Source: the human T2T-CHM13v2.0 reference genome, Homo sapiens. Taken from it: DNA of 64,000 nt. The notes below the pieces were generated by a model. That model was not told where the DNA came from and searched no databases. It saw only the letters and a program-made list of their open reading frames with translations. The position numbers and the translations under genes are program-made. Below, in pieces: positions 1-13,932 of this stretch. Location of the stretch: assembly GCF_009914755.1 (NCBI RefSeq), contig NC_060935.1; one strand, 5' to 3'. Position 1 is the stretch's first letter, and every line of letters starts with the position of its first letter.

Positions 1-294
1 TTAAATTAAATTGAATTGATTGAATTGAATTTTTGAGACAGGGTCTTGCTCTTTCACCCAGGCTGGAGCGCAGGGGCACTGTAACAGCTCACTGCAGCCT
101 TGACCCCCTGGGCTCGATCAATCCTCCCACCCTAGCCTCCCAAGTAGGTGGGACTACAGGTGCATGCCACCACACCCAGCTAATTTTGTTTGTTTGTTTG
201 TTATTTTTTGTAGAGACGGGGTTTCACTATGTTGCCCACGCTGGTCTCAAGCAATCCGCCCTCCTCATCCTCCGAAAGTGCTGGGATTACAGGC
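1..294 (-). mobile_element. AluJ-type SINE, decayed tail at window start, ~14-bp internal deletion
   Basis: Reverse-strand Alu (gagacagggtcttgctct...aagtgctgggattacaggc) with J-type diagnostics; segment between the two ctcaa-like repeats near 246-250 is missing. Confidence 0.9.
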
Positions 295-295
295 T

Positions 296-517
296 TTAAT
301 AACATTTTATTTCCTTTAGCTTACTTTCTTGAAAGAATACAGTATATAATACATATGCATACAAAATATCTGTTAACTGTGTTATCAGTAAAGCTTTCAA
401 TCAACAGTAGGCTACTGGTAGTTAAGTTTTGGGGGAGTCAAAAGTTATACACAGACTTTCGACTATGCAGGGGTGATTGAGGCTTCCAACCCCTGCATTA
501 TTCAAGGGTCAGCTGTA
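296..517 (+). mobile_element. Tigger2/Tigger2a (MER28)-like TcMar DNA transposon, terminal part
   Basis: caacagtaggcta...gttaagttttgggggagtcaaaagttatac...ttcaagggtcagctgta matches the Tigger2 end and TIR plus TA. Confidence 0.8.
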
Positions 518-519
518 CA

Positions 520-925
520 ATGTGTTCACCAGATTCCAGGTCATCTGCCTGTTTCTGGGCACTCAGGAAAGCTACATTTCCGAGCCTTCCTTGTACCTAC
601 ACAAGGGATATCTGACAGAGTCCTGGCTAATGGCATGTGAACAGAAGTGGTAGGCCACTTCCTAGCTTGGCATAAGTCCCCACATATGCTTGTTTTTACT
701 CTCTCTTCCCCTTCAAAGGCTCCTTTAGAGAGCGCATGTTAATATGGCAGCATCAGAAAACAGAAGGGGCGAGGATCCCTGCATCATTCATCCTTTGAAG
801 AAGTTTATCCAAGAAGAGCCACCCCAGCCTGCAGCAGAATGTGATGCAACAAGAAATCCCCCTTGGCTGTGCTAAGCCACTGGGATTTGAGGGTTGCTTG
901 TCACTGCAGCATAGCCTGGCCTGTG
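520..925 (+). mobile_element. MLT1 (H-J class) ERVL-MaLR LTR
   Basis: ctacatttccgagcc...ctggctaatggcatgtgaacagaagtg and 3' end aagccactgggatttgagggttgcttgtcactgcagcatagcct. Confidence 0.7.
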
Positions 926-1349
926 TGGTGGCCAAGGATGGCATGAAGGAGCACTGTGATGGCAATGACCTGGCCGAAGATTTCCGTGAGAATCAGTCAC
1001 AATATTTCCTTGGTAGATTGGGTTGGCAGAGGAAGATGTGGGAAAATGGTTGAGAGAAGAAAGAAAAAGTGGGAAGGTAGAAAGACTCAGACCTTTCTAG
1101 AAGGGCTCAGCCACACCTTGGATTGATCAGGGCCCCAACTTCATATACCTCATTTATAACAGGGGATGGGGTCCAAGTCTCCTCCAGCCTCCAGAGGTAG
1201 TTATGGAGACGTTGGAAGACCTTCTCCCCAGTCTGAGGGATTATGAGTCCTGTGCCTGTCACCAATGTGCTGTGGGACTAGGTCATTCAACCTCTCTATG
1301 TCTCTGATGTCTCCTTTCTTTCACCCAAAGACGGTTCATTTACACCTCC

Positions 1350-1480
1350 ACTCATTCCATGAACACGCATTGACCACCTACTGCAATCCAGGGACCACAC
1401 TAGGTGCTGAAATCAGAGACGACTAAGACACTCTCCCTGTCCAGAGACTGATGCAACTCTCCAGAGGAAGACTGAGGACT
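1350..1480 (-). mobile_element. L2 3' fragment
   Basis: cattgaccacctactgcaatccagggaccacactaggtgctg resembles the L2 tail. Confidence 0.55.
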
Positions 1481-1889
1481 GAAAGTATCTTGGTGACATG
1501 CAATGTCCTTAGAAGTCATGCTGCTAGTGCTCTCAGGCTCGGGCCTGTGTTGGCCTGGAGTTCTCAGCAGTCAGTGGGGCCCTACCTTGGGGCACTGTCC
1601 CCTTCTCTGGTCCCTCCCAGGCAGGGTAAGGGTGAGAAGAGGTGGGACTTCTGTTCCCTGGCTCCCAGGTGGACTGAGACCAGTCTAGCTGGGAGGGCTT
1701 TGAACCTGCACAGCCTTGACCTCCCTCTCTCCCAAAGCCCAGAGGAATAACTCTGTACCCAGGAGGAGGCTACAGATCAGCAGAGATGGGGAGCAAAGTG
1801 GAGGTTTGAAAATAACAAGGTTTTCACCCTGTGGGCCCTGGCCTGGCCTGGCCTGACACTGCTGCTGTAGCCCTCTGGGGTCCCCAACC

Positions 1890-2230
1890 TGCCCTTCTGC
1901 TTCATCTCTGCCCACCCCCTCCCTCTCTCCCTGGGTCCCTGGCCAAGCCCCTTTCACTACTGTCCCATGGTTCCCCCTGTCGGTCTCTGTCTTCTCCATT
2001 TCCCCTCTCTCTCGTTCTCTTTCCCCTGGTTTCCCTGCTCCTTTCACCTCCCTCCACCTGTGCCTCCCTCTTTTCTCCCTCCTGCCTCTGTCTCTAATTC
2101 AGCTGCTTCCTCTGCTTCTTTGTCTTCCCTTGCTTCCCTCCTCCCTCCTTTCAAATCAAATCAACAAGTACTTATTGAGCCTGAGCCTCTCTATCTATCT
2201 ATCTATTTCTGTCTCTCTCCTTCTCTGCAC
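1890..2230. repeat. Pyrimidine-rich (CT) low-complexity tract
   Basis: Long C/T-biased stretch including (tcta)n. Confidence 0.75.
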
Positions 2231-2884
2231 ACCCCTGGCTTTGTCTCATCTGCTGCTTTGTGGTAAGCTCCACTCACCCAGGACCCAGCCCACAGGAGGC
2301 TGTCAGCACGGGACACCAGGGATGAGGGACTAAATGTGTCCATTGCACAAATTCTGCACGCCAAACCAGAGTCTCCACTCTCCCTCAGCTGCTCCATTCA
2401 GGCAGCCCGGGGAGTGTACATTATTTAGCAAAATTATTTAGCATTCTGCTTCTGTCATTCCTTGCCATGGCGCCAGGCCCTGATATGTGATAAAAATATC
2501 AATGTTAAATCGACTCTGACAACTGCTGTTTACTTGCAGTGTCACTAGAGCCAGGGCCAGAGTCGACAGCTCCTGCAGGACCTGAAGCTCTGGCAGCAGT
2601 GGCAGTGGCAGCAGTAGCAGCAGCAGCTCTGGAAGCCTGGCCCTGGAAGGGAGCTGGCTCTCAGAGAGAGACAGCCCTGGGGACACCATGCTTCAACCAT
2701 CCCACCTCCCAAGTCGTCCCCGCTTTGCTCAAACTCTTTACTCTGGAAAGTGCTAATTTCACTATTAGTAGAAAAATTTCAATACAAAAATAATTGAGCT
2801 TTTACAGCATGCATGGCCCTGTGTGAGCACTGGACCACATGACAAGTTCTTTAAAGTTTAACATCAACTCTGGCGGATGAAAAT

Positions 2885-3005
2885 TACATCCCAAATTACA
2901 GATTTTAACACTGAGGCTCGGGCATGTTAAGTAGCTTTGCCAAGGACACACAGCTAACAAGCATGGAGCCTGGGTTACACCCCAGGTCTGTCTGACTCCA
3001 GCCCC
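2885..3005 (-). mobile_element. MIR
   Basis: actgaggctcgggcatgttaagtagctttgccaaggacacacagct...ccaggtctgtctgactcca = MIR core. Confidence 0.75.
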
Positions 3006-3924
3006 TGGTATTACAATTATAATGAGCTGATGGGGAGCACCTGGCATACAGCCATCAGCTCCAACAGAGCACCTGACCAGGGCCATGAGCATACACTGAA
3101 GGCTGGTAAGGATGGCTCGATCTCCCTAGCATCTGACTACCAGCTTGGGAGGAACCAATTCACCCCAGCTGGAGGTGGGAGGCTGGACAACTTGACCTGC
3201 CTCGAGGATAGAGGACAAGCACTGGGTAGATAGACCTTAGCATCCTCCCCACCCCCACCCCAACTCTTCAACCCTGCATCCCAAAGGCTAAGCATGAATC
3301 CATCCAGCAGGAGAGTGAGCATGAACCTGCAGAGGCAGAGGACAGGACCCCAGCAAGAGCAAGGGGAAGGAAGGACAGACGAAGAGACCAGGAGCCAGGG
3401 GAGACAGCTCTGTCCTTGCAGGATATGACATGACCACAGTGCCCTTGTGGCACCTCTCTCTTCTTGGGAGCAGATGCAAAAGGCTGAGGACCACTCAGAA
3501 AAGTTTTGCCAGTTGGCTTTTCTGAACTAAGAGCACAGAACGGAGGGTGGTAACAGCCTCTGACAGGTATCTCCAAGGCCACGGGTTATGGTCCTGGGCT
3601 AAGGTCTCATCTGGTCCTTGAGAAAAGGACTTAGGGGCTCCACACAGCATTAAGTTACCATTGTGAAGAGGTTGCCAGCCAAGCTAACAGAGCGTGGGCT
3701 ACTTTCATGGAGATAGAAGGTCCAAAATTAAGATGGTGACAGTCCTGTCTGACTCTGTGGGAATGGAGTTTATTTTTTTCTCTTTTTTCCTTCCTCCCTC
3801 CCTCCCAGGAATGGGGTTTAGTGTTGAGTGTTGGCTTTAGAGAAATTTTGACAGAGGCGAGTGAGCAGGTTGGGATGGACTTCAAATCATGTCTTAGAAG
3901 AAGTGTTAAAGAATTGGGCTTATC

Positions 3925-4239
<315 letters not shown>

Positions 4240-5244
4240 CTAACCTGTAGAAAACTTACAAGAACCAACAATTCAATATTTAAAGAGCTGCTGTGGGATG
4301 GACTTTACCATTTTGCCCTTAAAGGCTGCCATTCAGATTGTTGGAAACTGTAGAAAAAAAAATTATATGGGCCTTGTGTGAGGACGTAGAAGATGGGGCT
4401 GAAAGATATACAGTAGTGCTCCCTGATAATTTTCACATCATGGCTCACACAGAAGTTAATCCAATCTGTACAGCCCACTGGGGAAAGGGAACAGAGGAAG
4501 CTGCCCACAGCCATAGGTTAGCAGCAATGGGACACTGACCCCCTGACATGGCAGTTCTAAGGCTGGGAAGAATTCATGAAATGCACCTGGGAGCATACCA
4601 GAGACGCTCTGGGGTAGGAGTTGTGAGCATTCTGTCCCTGGAGGTGTGCAAGTAAAGACTGGGTTAGGGTTTGGGCGAGAAAGAGAGCTGCAGAAAAGGT
4701 TCAATAATAGAAAGCAAGTTGATCTCTTTCATCTCAGAACTTCCAAGATTCTAGGCCTCCAGAGAGGACCAGAGGGGATAGGCACAGCTGCTGCACACTC
4801 ATGTGTGTGCACAGAGCAGGAGCCATCAGGGTGCTCCTTCTGCTCCTTGGAGAGCAGGGGACTTCGGCCTTAGCCAGCCCCTCATAAGGATGACCTACAT
4901 GAGCCCATTTGCCCTGCTGTGGGAGATCCAGGTGACCCCGCCATGCAACTACCCTATTAGCCTCCCACCCCTCCATGGGATAAGGCCTCCAGCTGGACTA
5001 ATGAAAATTACCCAAACTGAGTTCAACTGAGCAGCAGAAAGGAGAATGGATCCCATTAATTATCCCTAGGCTGACCCTCATGCATCAACCCAACCACATA
5101 GCTATGCCACTTCAGGCAGGCAGACAATAGCAATTAGTGCTATGGGATTTGGATGTTGTCAAAACAAAGCATCCATGCTCTGCTCAGAGGGTGTGAGATG
5201 AGAGGATGGCCCCAGGTTGGCCCTACAGGAATATCTCAGCATGT

Positions 5245-5420
5245 CTGGTAGAAGGGCATGGACTGTAGAGCCAGGCAGACCTGGGCTTCTCCATGAATTG
5301 GCTGTGTGGCCCTGAGCCAGTTACTTGGCTTCTCTGAGTCTCTACCTCCTCAGTCATAGAAAAGGATGGATAGAGCCCACCTCACAGGCTTATGAAAAGG
5401 ATTTCATTAGAGAGTGTGTG
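5245..5420 (+). mobile_element. MIR
   Basis: agagccaggcagacctgggc...ggctgtgtggccctgagccagttacttggcttctctgagtctc. Confidence 0.7.
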
Positions 5421-6221
5421 ATGTTGTGATGGACACCCTATGTGACCTTGGGAAAGTCATTGCATTCATGAAGCCCCAGTGTTTCCCACTGTAAAATGAG
5501 GTAGTTTGGCCATAAGATCTCTAAGATTCTTCAAGCCCAAGAGCCTACACTCTAAGATTTGGGAGCTTGTGGCCAAGCCTAGGGTGGGCCAAGAAAAGCC
5601 ACCCTCAGGAACTGTGAGGCCAGTCCCGGGAACCCAACGCCTCTCTCCCTCTCTCAACTCACTCCCTTAGAACAAGGACCTCAGATCATCTCCTGTCCCA
5701 CTCCTTAACTCCAATCAAACCCAGATAGCCATGCAAATGTCCATCAATATCCCTGGCCTGGAATCCCACAAGACCCAGAAATCACTAGCTTTTGATTTAT
5801 GAAGCACTTTGGTGTCCCTCGCCGGATGCTCTCTACCTCTGCCCTGCACTAAAGACAGCCCACTTCTTGGAAGACAAAAAGCCACTAATTGTTTTCCTCT
5901 CCACTCCAATATTGATTAGGAGAGTAGGAGGCTATTGGTGTTTCACCGGCAGCCAGCTGGCTCTCTTGCCTGGGGTAGACGGTCTTTAATAAGACAGAAA
6001 AGGAAGGGAAAATGTCTAGTGGGTTGTGGGATCAGAGACCAGGAAGGCTGGTCAGGGGTGAGCTGGGTGGTGGATGAGTTGCATTTGTTGTTCTGCATTT
6101 CTGAGACAGATTCAAGGGTCACACCTGCCCACCTTCACCCTAGCTCAGCCACTAGGTGAGATGAGGCCTGTGGATTCACACACACTGTCTGAGCTGGATG
6201 CTCTCAACTGGTACCATGTTT

Positions 6222-6678
6222 TGTGGGCTAGATATTATCAGTTCCCTTCCCATCCCACCTGCACCCTCTTCACCCTGCTGTGTGTCCCAGGTGCCCACCT
6301 CAATGGATGGCAGCACCCCAGATCCCTTGCTCCCAGGCATTCATGTGAGTTCACCAGGGGAGTCACAGTAAGAGACTGGAGGGAGGAAAGAGAGAGAGGC
6401 AGGGCTATCCTTCCCCTTCTCTCCCCCAGACCTTCCCCTAAGGCCATAACCCCTATAGCTGCAGCCATCACCTGGAGGTCACTGCTCTCTCCCTGTGCCT
6501 TTCAGGCCTGGGGGATAATATTCCCTACTGCCTGTACCCCACTGCTATGCCATGGGGTGCTTTACCATCCTCTCTGGTTTTCCTTAGCCCTGCCTACACC
6601 TCTGTGAATAATCGCCATCAGAACCCTTTAATTAGTCTTTGGAGTGGGCCATCTGCTTCCTGCTAGGACCCTGACTGG
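6222..6678 (+). mobile_element. LTR33-like ERVL solo LTR
   Basis: caccctgctgtgtgtcccagg...ccttagccctgcctacacctctgtgaata...gccatctgcttcctgctaggaccctgactg. Confidence 0.7.
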
Positions 6679-6909
6679 GCCTGCTTCTTGTTCTAGACCA
6701 GTCAGGGACCCTGTTCTCAGCTCTAACCTGCTGTGAAGATGATGGGACCCTGCTGAGCAGCAGTGTTTGAGGGGCTTTAGGGTGCATACCTGGTGCCCTC
6801 ATAAGCAAAAGGGTCACCATGCACATAACCCACTTGTGTTATAGAGTCAAAGTCTTCTTGTCTGGTCCCTACCTCCAACCAGAACTGTCTCCCCCAACCC
6901 ACACATTCT

Positions 6910-7040
6910 TTCTTCCATTCAGTAAATCTCCAGTGAACCTACTCTACATTCCAGGCACAGTGCTAGGTTCTAAAATATAAAAATAAATAAGACGCAGTTC
7001 TGGCCCTAAGGAGCTCACAATCAAGTAGGAACCAGATATA
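6910..7040 (-). mobile_element. L2 3' fragment
   Basis: acctactctacattccaggcacagtgctagg...ggccctaaggagctcacaatc. Confidence 0.65.
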
Positions 7041-8129
7041 GCACTGGAGGTGTCATGGCATGGGTTATCACAGGGCACCGTGGTACCGTCCAGCTCTCTC
7101 TGAGAACTGGGAACCAGGTAAGATGTCTTCTATTTAAGCCGTTCATACAACTAGAGATCAATTTTCTCAGTTAGGAACTCTGGATTTAGACCTGTCTGGA
7201 AGTTGGGGGTGGCCTGGATGACGTATCTGAGCCCTCATGGAGCTATAATCCCAGGAGTCCCCCACCCAACTCAGTGAGCATCCCCGTGGCTTTCTTACCT
7301 TCAGATCATAGCTTTGGTCAGCAGCAGCTTCATCATTTCTCTTGGAGGTCAGTGGCTTTGAGGAGGGGGAGGGGAACAGGGTCCCAACCAATATCCCACC
7401 ACTCCCTCCCAGGTGTCACCCTTCAGCTACCAGACAGGGCAGGTGTCAGCTTAAGAGTTCAAAGTCACAGGTGTCCCTAGCCAGGGCAGAATCCATTCTG
7501 GAGCCTCTTTCCTGGAATGTGTTCCATCAAGGAATGGGCCTGTTTAAGGGATCTCTACAGCTCAGGGAGGAATTTACAGGATTAATCTTTAATACTTGCC
7601 AGCATCAGTAATTTGCTTATTAAAAAGAAGAAATAATAAAATAACAAACTGATCCCATACCATTTGATGAGGTTCTCCCCTCCCAAACACAAACATTCTT
7701 ACACACACGTGCATGCACGTGCACACGCCTGTCAGCTGCCCTAGAAAACTCATGGTGGCAGCAATGAGCACCAGGACCCTTGCCTCAAAGGGCGCAGGTG
7801 GGGGTCAAGGTAGAGAGGTTGTTTCTTTAGGTGCCAAAGACAGCTATTCACAACAGGAGGACAAAACTAAATTAAGCAATTCTAGAGCCTGAATATACAG
7901 TCAGGTAGGGGGGCCTGCGGGGGGCTTCCAATGCTACTGACAATGAATAATACATAAGTCAAAAGCCACTCAAAATGGCTTTTAAAAGTTGAATTTAATT
8001 GAATGTTGTCATGTAGATCCTACATTTGAATATAATCAGATTATAAATCATACTCCAAAGACTTCAAAGCCTACAGAGAGCCATCGAGAGAACTTATTTC
8101 TGGCAGGAAAGGTTATAGACAGTCATTCT

Positions 8130-8670
8130 GGCATTCAGCACACATTTAGGAGGAGCCTACTATGTGTCAAGCACTAGGTCAGACATTGGCAGCCACATCC
8201 CCAAATTCCTCGCAGACAAGAGGGAGAAGCAGACATGTAAACAGGGGATGGCTGTGCAATGCGATCGCCCAGACCAAAGCAAAGTACAATAGAAGGACGA
8301 AGGAGGGAATAGCATCTCTGTTCCGGGGAATCAAAGGGAGCTTAGCAGATGAGGCAAAAACTAGGGTGGTCCATGAAGGGAGGAGTTTACCAGATGGGGA
8401 GGAGACAAAGGCATTCCAGGAAGAGGGAACAGCATATGCAAAAGTGCAGAGGTATGAAAGCATGGTGAGTCCAAAGAACAGCAAGCAATTCCGCTGGGCT
8501 GAAGCAATGTGAGTAGTGAAGGGAGCTGCAGCTAGAAAGTAAACTGGGCCAGGTGATGAGGCTTTTGAATGCCAAGCTAGAAGGTTTAGATGCTATCCAA
8601 TAGCAAGAGCTGAGCAAAGAAGGATGATAAGCAAGAAAGTGAGAAGTTAAATCCATGTTAGAAAAGAGGA
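8130..8670 (-). mobile_element. L2 fragment
   Basis: gcctactatgtgtcaagcact...ggcattccaggaagagggaacagcatatgcaaaag. Confidence 0.75.
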
Positions 8671-9164
8671 TAGGGAGAACTAAGCCTGCTGCGCCAAAGA
8701 CTACAGAGTCCTGGCGGCAGTGAGGACAAGAGATTCCTCAGAAAGCAGCATCCCCTCCACTAGGGAGGGGTTGGACTGACATTCTTCTTCCAAAGGAAAA
8801 GCTCATGAGATAAGCTGCATAAGGTCACATTTTCAGGGGTCCTGGATAGAAACCACTCCCCTCCATTTCAATCAGTGGCATGGACCAAGTAGGACTGACT
8901 TAGTGGTGAGGGTTTCTAGGTCTTAGAATGGGGTGCAGGGCCTGGTTCCCCCTCTGGAAGGGGCAGAGGTGGAGAGGTCCTCGGGTGAAGCAGTCAGGAC
9001 TCAAGACAACATGCAACTCTCCATTAGTTTTGCCTTGAGGAAAGGTCAGGTCATCAAAAGCTTCAAGAAGCCTGTGAGGCCCTGAACAGGTAGAGAGGGT
9101 TCTTCATCACTTGCAAATAAAACTCAAGTTACATGTTTATAAACCCAGGTCTCAAGAATCAAAG

Positions 9165-10815
9165 CAGGATTTCCAGCAATGGTGGAATGAAAAGGTCAGC
9201 AAATCTTCTTCTCAAAATCAACTATAAAACTGGACAGAATAGGCCGGGTGCGGTGGCTCACCCCTGTAATCCCAGCCCTTTAGGAGGCCGAGGCAGGTGG
9301 ATTACCTGAGGTCATGCATTCAAGACCAGCCTGGCCAACATGGTGAAACCCTGTCTCTACTAAAAATACAAAAATTAGCTGGATGTGGTGGCACACACCT
9401 GTGATCTCAGCTACTCGGCAGGCTGAGGCAGAAGAATCACTTGAATCCAGGAGGCGGGGGTTGCAGTGAGCCGAGATCACTCCACTGCACTCTAGCCTAG
9501 GTGACAGAGCAAGACTCCGTTTAAAACAAAACAAAACTGGACAGAATAGAAAAGAATAAAAAACATAAAAAATTTGAGGATCCAGAAATCAACCAAAGGC
9601 AAAGCAACACGTCAAGAAGCATTTGTTCATTTTGTTCATAAAAAACTGAACTTTGGATAAGAGAAGTAGGAGTCCACAAAGTTCTAGCCTGTTGCTCTTC
9701 CCGTCCCCACCCCCATCTTTTTGTGGCTCTTCTTGGGTGGGGCTAACCACTGGGGGAAAAAAAAGAAAAAAAAAAAGGGCAGGGGGCATCTTGACAGCAG
9801 GAAGTCTGACTTGATTTGGAGCAGAAGGCCTTAAGCTTGTAGGTGTCCAGGGGTAGACAGTAAAATCTTCTGGCTCAGCAGGAAAGCAAATGGGCAGGGC
9901 CCACAGCTCTGCTGGACTGAGGTTACAGTCCTAACTGGGACAAACAGCAGAGAAAACAACAACAACAACAACCAGAAATTTAGCAGGTAACTCCTGGAAG
10001 AGAGAGCCACAGAGCAGCTGAAGAAGTATCTCTTCCTGACAAGCTGGAAGGTTGACACACAGGGAAGACCTGAAATGGCCTGGTGGGAAGTAAAAGGAAG
10101 GAAGACTCGAAAACTGCCCGAACTTTTAAGGTGCTCCCCCAGTCAGAGGATGGGACATTTATGGCTCAATATATTTGCACACATCTCTGACCAATTGCTG
10201 GATGACCACCAAGTTAATCGGACATAGAGACAAATTTTAAGTCAGGATAAAAATAAAAAGAGTTTTAAAAAACTGAGTAAAGACATTAGCAGCTATGCAA
10301 CACTAGGGAGAGAGATTCCCCAGATTAAGTTCAAATATGTTGCTATAAAACAAAACAAAACAGAAAACCAACAACAACAACTCTCAAGGGGGGAAATATC
10401 AGACTCCAAAGTTTGTACAACATATTATCTAAAATGTCCAGTTTTCAACAAAAATGTTACAACATGTAAAAAAAACAGGAAGATAACCCATATTCAGAAA
10501 AAAACAAATTAATATAAACCAACTCTAAGCAGACCCATATATTAGAGTTAGCAGACAAAATCTTCAAAAGCAACTGCTAGAAATGCATTTAAAGATTAAA
10601 GAAAGCCACACTTAAAGAGCTAAAGGAATGCATGATAACAAGATAAGTCAGTAGAAATTATCCAATTTGATGAACAAAAAGAAAAAATTACTGAAGGAAA
10701 ATGAACAGTCTCAGAGACTGGTGGGATGATGTCAATCGTGCCAATATACCTACAATGGGAGACCCAGAGGAGAGAAGGAAGAGACAGGGGCAGAAAAAAT
10801 GTTAGAAGAATCAAG
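9165..10815 (+). mobile_element. Old L1M 5' region and degenerate ORF1, interrupted by an Alu
   Basis: A-rich strand with ORF1-like remnant (gaaattatccaatttgatgaacaaaaagaaaaa...aaatgaacagtctcagagactggtggga...gggagacccagaggagag). Confidence 0.7.
9242..9532 (+). mobile_element. AluS (Sx-like)
   Basis: Full Alu; 16-bp TSD aaaactggacagaata at 9226-9241 and 9533-9548. Confidence 0.95.
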
Positions 10816-10949
10816 ACACCTTCCTACTTGAAGTCCCCTTCACCTCTACACTTTGGATTTGGGAGAGTCGGGTGAGGAAGGTCAGGGGCTGCTGCATTTG
10901 TGGTGAGAGCCCCTGCAAGCTTCAACTCTGTGCTCAAGGAGGAGAAACT

Positions 10950-11140
10950 GCACCTATGTGTGCTGGGCACCATGCCAATACTTAAATCAGCCTATTGGCC
11001 CCCACAGTAGTCTATGAGCTGTTCTATAGCCACCTTCCCAAGATGCAGGCTCTAAGAGGTAAAGCAACTGCCCAGCTCACAAAGCTGGCAAGCGGCCCAT
11101 CTGGGACTAGAACCAAGGTCCCTCTTCTTCATGCCTTTCC
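10950..11140 (-). mobile_element. MIR
   Basis: gaggtaaagcaactgcccagctcacaaagctggcaagcggc...ctgggactagaaccaaggtc. Confidence 0.6.
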
Positions 11141-13252
11141 CCCAACACTCTGATGCCTCTCAGCAGCTCACACTCTTATGCCATGGGAGACCCAGCAGTG
11201 GAGGTCTCCTCGGAGCCCTGGATCAGGTAAGGACACCTGGAGGTGTAACTCTGGGCAGAGTGCAGTGCTGAGTGGGAGTCTGGGGCTCAAGAAGGAGCAG
11301 AGCAGGAAACAGGGTGAACACAGATCTAGCAGCCTGCAGGTGCCTCTCCTCTTTCCACAGAGAGCTAAGGCCTCTCACCAGCATGGGCTGCCCCACTCCC
11401 AGGGAGAGAGAAAGGGAGACATGCCCTTTCTCCAGAGGGCTGATTCACCAGGCAGGGGCTGGGGTTGAACAGAAGCTGATTCTGGGCTGACTCAGGATGC
11501 CCAAGAGCTTCAGCTAAATGGACCCTGCAGGCTCCAGCTCCAGCAACCTCCTGCCTATGCCTGGCTGAAAGTCCATCTGGGCCTTGCCTCCCAGCTACAG
11601 GGCCACTCCTCGGATACATCACTCCCGGTTTCCATTCACCCTCACAACTCTCCTGACACGTGGACACCAGATGAGGAATCTGAGGCCTGGGCAGGCTGTG
11701 CAACTAGCCTGAGGCCACCATGCACCTGAGGAGCCTGGATTTGTGTCCTAATGTGATGGACTCCAAAGTCTATTTCTCTCTATCTCTCTGGGGCAACTTG
11801 GTCTGAATAGTCACCCAGACTCCTCTCCTGGGAAGGCTGGGACCAGCAGCACACATGGTTCATAGCCCAAGGTCCAGCACTGTAAAGAGGGATGCTGTCT
11901 CCATCAAGAAAAGCAGCCTCTGAGTCTCAGCCTGACTATCCTTTCTCACTCCAGTGCCCTCTGCCTATGCTGCGCCCCAGAGCACCCAGAGGCCGAAACC
12001 AAAGAAAGGAGACTCACCTGCCATTAGAGGAAAGGAGATTCAGATCCCAAGTATTTACCACTCAGAAAGACCCCATCTACAGCCTCCTCTGGCCAGTGCC
12101 CATCAATTCTTTGGCCGCCCCAATCCCACCCCACCACTGTGAGCAAGAGCACACTCCCCACCCCACCCCAACTCAGGGCATGAACCATACATCTCACTCA
12201 TCTTGCTAGCCCAAAGTTTAGCCCACAGGAGGCACTCAGGGACAGTTGAACCCTTCTTCCTGGCCTCCTTTAGCGTCTCGTCCTATGGAATCAGAAGACC
12301 CGGATGCCCAGCCTTTCTGAGCCCTTGCTTCCTTGTTCTTTAAGAAGCTCACAGGAGTGGTAGGGATAAATGAGTGAGGAAATATCGTTAAGGGAGCCAG
12401 GAGATAGGAGGTTGGGCAGGGGGGTGGAGGACAAAGAGCAGGAGTGACAACACAGGGCACACTGAGGACTGGAAGGGCTGAGAAAGACTTGAAGCCACCA
12501 AGGCAAATTAGGGTTACAGAGGCGGAGGAGGGGGCAGAGCCCTGGAGGGAGGGGAGATCTTGCCAGGAACCTACTTAGGACCCAGGGGCTGGAGGGAGGT
12601 GTGACCAGTCACCGTCCAGGCCCGAGGGAGGATGAGAGTCAGGGCAGGTGCCCCAGCTGCCGGGGAAATAGCAGTGCATCCTCAGGCCCAGCCTGCCACC
12701 AGCATGCTCCAAATTAAATAACTGCAACTCCCCCTTTATTTCCTCTCTGACAGCAACTTATTGTGAAGGCAGCCACTTCTGACATTCTAATATTCAGAGT
12801 CACATCCTGTGGGATAAACACATCGCTGTTGTCTGAGCCAGCGATTTGTATCAGGATAGAAGGAATCTAGAAGGGGCAAAGAGGGACTGGGGCTAAGGCG
12901 GGGGGCTGCTGACAGCTAAGTGAGAGAAGGAAGAGCGCCCAGGTTCTACTGGATCATCCTGGATGCCCTGCAACAAGCCTCCAACCCCAGATTAGTTTGG
13001 GCTGTCTGATCATCTCTCCCCAAGCTACCTTCACTCAGTAGATGTTTCTGAGCACTCACCACATGCCACATTGGTGCTAGGCACTGTGAGGAATACAGAG
13101 ATGATGAGGCAGAGACCCACGTTCAGGAAGCTCCCATGTCACATGCCAGTGAGGGCAGGCAGCAGACATTCATCCAGGCACAGCATGTAGCCTAGTGGTG
13201 AAAGTCAGGGGCTTTGAAGACACACAGCCTGGGTTCAAATTCTTACTCTGCA

Positions 13253-13629
<377 letters not shown>

Positions 13630-13642
13630 TTAAAATGAGAAC

Positions 13643-13932
<290 letters not shown>

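Noticed and set aside
2300-2320. REST/RE1-like tcagcacgggacac
   Set aside because: Half-site spacing is shorter than TCAGCACCnnGGACAG and key bases differ
2590-2630. (GCA/GTG/GTA) triplet-like run suggesting a polyQ or polyA exon
   Set aside because: Short, impure and not within a supportable exon
5850-5879. taaagacagc and cttggaagacaaaa shared with 35078-35087 and 35142-35155
   Set aside because: Several 14-mer matches are expected by chance in 64 kb, the spacing differs (6 vs 54 bp) and the flanks do not align
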